In this document: positions 25,200 to 26,466 of the stretch, piece after piece
How positions within the stretch are numbered: the stretch's first letter is position 1
Layout of the letters: each line of letters starts with the position of its first letter
Source: a virus
Lineage: Duplodnaviria > Caudoviricetes
IMG/VR virus record: IMGVR_UViG_3300022074_000319
Coordinates: 1 to 26,466 of that record
Direction: 5' to 3' (one strand)
DNA: 26,466 nucleotides
Notes under the pieces: generated by a model
Told to the model about the DNA's origin: nothing
What the model saw: the letters and a program-made list of their open reading frames with translations, nothing else
Database searches by the model: none
Position numbers and translations under genes: made by a program

Positions 25200-25823
25200 A
25201 TGGCAAGTGAAATAAAAGTAGATACAATATCAGAAAAGACTTCTGCTAATGGTGTAACTATTGATGGTGCTTTAATTAAAGATAACTTTTTAGCAGCAGC
25301 AGCAGGTGGTGGTCTAGTAAAATTAGCTGAATATACATTTTCTTCTGATGCTGATAAAGACTTTGATGTCTGTGATGGCAATACATATTTTGGATATAAA
25401 TTAGTGTTTAAAGATATGATTTCAGCAGTTGATGGTGGTTCATTTCGTGTTGGTTTGAGAAATGATGGTGCTGATGTTTTAACTAGTTCAACAGTTCGTA
25501 GATTTGCTGTTGCAGCAGAAACAAATAGTTCCAGTTCTATGGGTGGTTCTGCAAGTGAATATTCTGGTGGATATTTTGAAGCAACTCACGGTACTGGTAA
25601 TAGCTCTAATGAAATGGGGCACGCTACTTGTGAATTATTTCCACACGATACAGAAAAACTGTGGCACTCATCTGCTATGTATGAAAGGTCAGATGGTCTT
25701 ATAGGCTTTTTAGAATTAAATGCTTTAATGAAAAATAATTCAACAGTTGATGGTGTAAGGATATACGCAAGTAATGGAAATATTTCAAGTGGTAAAGTAG
25801 CAATATGGGGATATAAAAAATAA
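25200..25823 (+). CDS. Small tail fibre / receptor-binding protein (putative)
   Basis: N-terminus paralogous to the 23711 gene (ANGVTIDG..IKD); C-terminus GVRIYASNGNISSGKVAIWGY paralogous to the 24265 gene. Confidence 0.65.
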   Translation: MASEIKVDTISEKTSANGVTIDGALIKDNFLAAAAGGGLVKLAEYTFSSDADKDFDVCDGNTYFGYKLVFKDMISAVDGGSFRVGLRNDGADVLTSSTVRRFAVAAETNSSSSMGGSASEYSGGYFEATHGTGNSSNEMGHATCELFPHDTEKLWHSSAMYERSDGLIGFLELNALMKNNSTVDGVRIYASNGNISSGKVAIWGYKK

Positions 25824-26119
25824 TGGCTAGAGATTTAGAAACAATAAAAACAGAATTAAAAAATGATTATCCTACCTTAAAAAGTGGAGATAGAGTATTT
25901 GAAGAAGAAGAATATAACGAAACTATTAATGCTTGGGCAGAAGAAATTAGAGCAAATGAAATAGATAAAGAAACTAATGGTTATAAGTATGACAGACAAA
26001 TGGCTTACGCATCAATACAAGACCAACTGGATATGCAGTATTGGGATAATGTAAACAGTACTACTACTTGGAAAGACCACATAGCAAAAGTTAAATCAGA
26101 TAACCCTAAACCTGAATAA
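25823..26119 (+). CDS. Tail fibre chaperone-like small protein
   Basis: YKYDRQMAYASIQDQLDMQYWD...WKDHIAKVKSDNPK; TAATG-coupled. Confidence 0.65.
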   Translation: MARDLETIKTELKNDYPTLKSGDRVFEEEEYNETINAWAEEIRANEIDKETNGYKYDRQMAYASIQDQLDMQYWDNVNSTTTWKDHIAKVKSDNPKPE

Positions 26120-26125
26120 TTAATA

Positions 26126-26134
26126 TGATATAAT
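26126..26134 (+). promoter_or_regulatory. Extended -10 promoter TGaTATAAT, leaderless arrangement
   Basis: TATAAT at 26129-26134 lies 7 nt before ATG 26142, with no SD. Confidence 0.55.
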
Positions 26135-26141
26135 CCAATTT

Positions 26142-26291
26142 ATGGATTTAATAATTGGCTTTCTATTTGGATTTTTTTTAAAAGATATTAGTTTCTATCT
26201 TAAAAGAATAGCTAATTACTACAACATAGATAAAGAATTTAAAACAATAGTAGATTTAGATAACGAATGGAACGCTGATGACCTCCCCTAA
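26142..26291 (+). CDS. Small membrane protein, 49 aa
   Basis: MDLIIGFLFGFFLKDISFYLKRIANYYNIDKEFKTIVDLDNEWNADDLP*, with a hydrophobic N-terminus. Not in the ORF track. Confidence 0.6.
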   Translation: MDLIIGFLFGFFLKDISFYLKRIANYYNIDKEFKTIVDLDNEWNADDLP

Positions 26292-26466
26292 TGGTAATGG
26301 TTTTACACAGAAAGAAATGCTTACTTTAATATTGGAAGGACAACAAGATATAAACAAACGCATAGATGAGTTACACGAAAAGGTTAATCAAAAGATTTCA
26401 AGACAAGAATTAAGTGGATGGCTTGTAGCTATTTCTGCATTGGTGGTGCTGATAAACAACTTAATG
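26278..26466 (+). CDS. Coiled-coil plus C-terminal TM protein (holin/XhlA-like, putative), truncated by the window end
   Basis: MTSPNGNGFTQKEMLTLILEGQQDINKRIDELHEKVNQKISRQELSGWLVAISALVVLINNLM...; frame open to the edge, start uncertain. Confidence 0.6.
   Translation, partial: MTSPNGNGFTQKEMLTLILEGQQDINKRIDELHEKVNQKISRQELSGWLVAISALVVLINNLM

Noticed and set aside
706-25381. Numerous minus-strand ORFs in the track (e.g. 706-1035, 7283-7642, 10353-10748, 13857-14636, 21010-21354, 25064-25381)
   Set aside because: They lie antisense to well-supported, coupled + strand genes, lack SDs, and show the S/L/F/I/P-rich composition of shadow frames.
25504-25704. Alternative + frame ORF of 66 aa
   Set aside because: Fully nested in the 25200-25823 gene, with a TTG start and no SD.
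21654-26119. Diversity-generating retroelement or invertase shufflon acting on fibres
   Set aside because: No reverse transcriptase or recombinase in the window. Repeat differences are synonymous rather than adenine-specific, and there are no inverted cassettes.
1-26466. CRISPR array, tRNA genes, integrase/IS elements, stop-codon reassignment
   Set aside because: No repeat-spacer periodicity, cloverleafs or recombinase motifs were seen. Long ORFs are intact in the standard code and end in TAA, TAG and TGA.

Overview
This AT-rich window is the virion morphogenesis region of a short-tailed (podovirus-like) dsDNA bacteriophage. Nearly all genes are on the + strand and are translationally coupled. 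The order is: tiny basic peptides, terminase large subunit, portal, a long block of probable internal virion/ejection proteins (one an Rpf/SLT-like lysozyme-fold protein), scaffold, major capsid protein, tail adaptor and nozzle, a repetitive tail fibre, a cassette of small receptor-binding/chaperone-like genes, and two membrane-protein genes at the right edge. An actinobacterial host is suggested by the Rpf-like enzyme and leaderless-style promoters, but this is inference only. The two non-coding islands are the most interesting parts. At 132-482 there is a promoter-flanked, ORF-free structured element of about 130 nt plus a cluster of inverted repeats. At 16567-17347 there is a minus-strand operon of two small acidic proteins with an ECF-like promoter, a divergent sRNA candidate of about 87 nt carrying an anti-Shine-Dalgarno segment, and a structured leader of about 210 nt before the scaffold gene. 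Other signals are strong GATC avoidance, a possible ADP-ribosyltransferase motif in an injected protein, a Zn-finger/HTH extension on TerL, and tail-fibre repeats that are conserved in protein but recoded at synonymous sites. All product calls come from motifs and synteny read by eye; no database search or folding computation was run.
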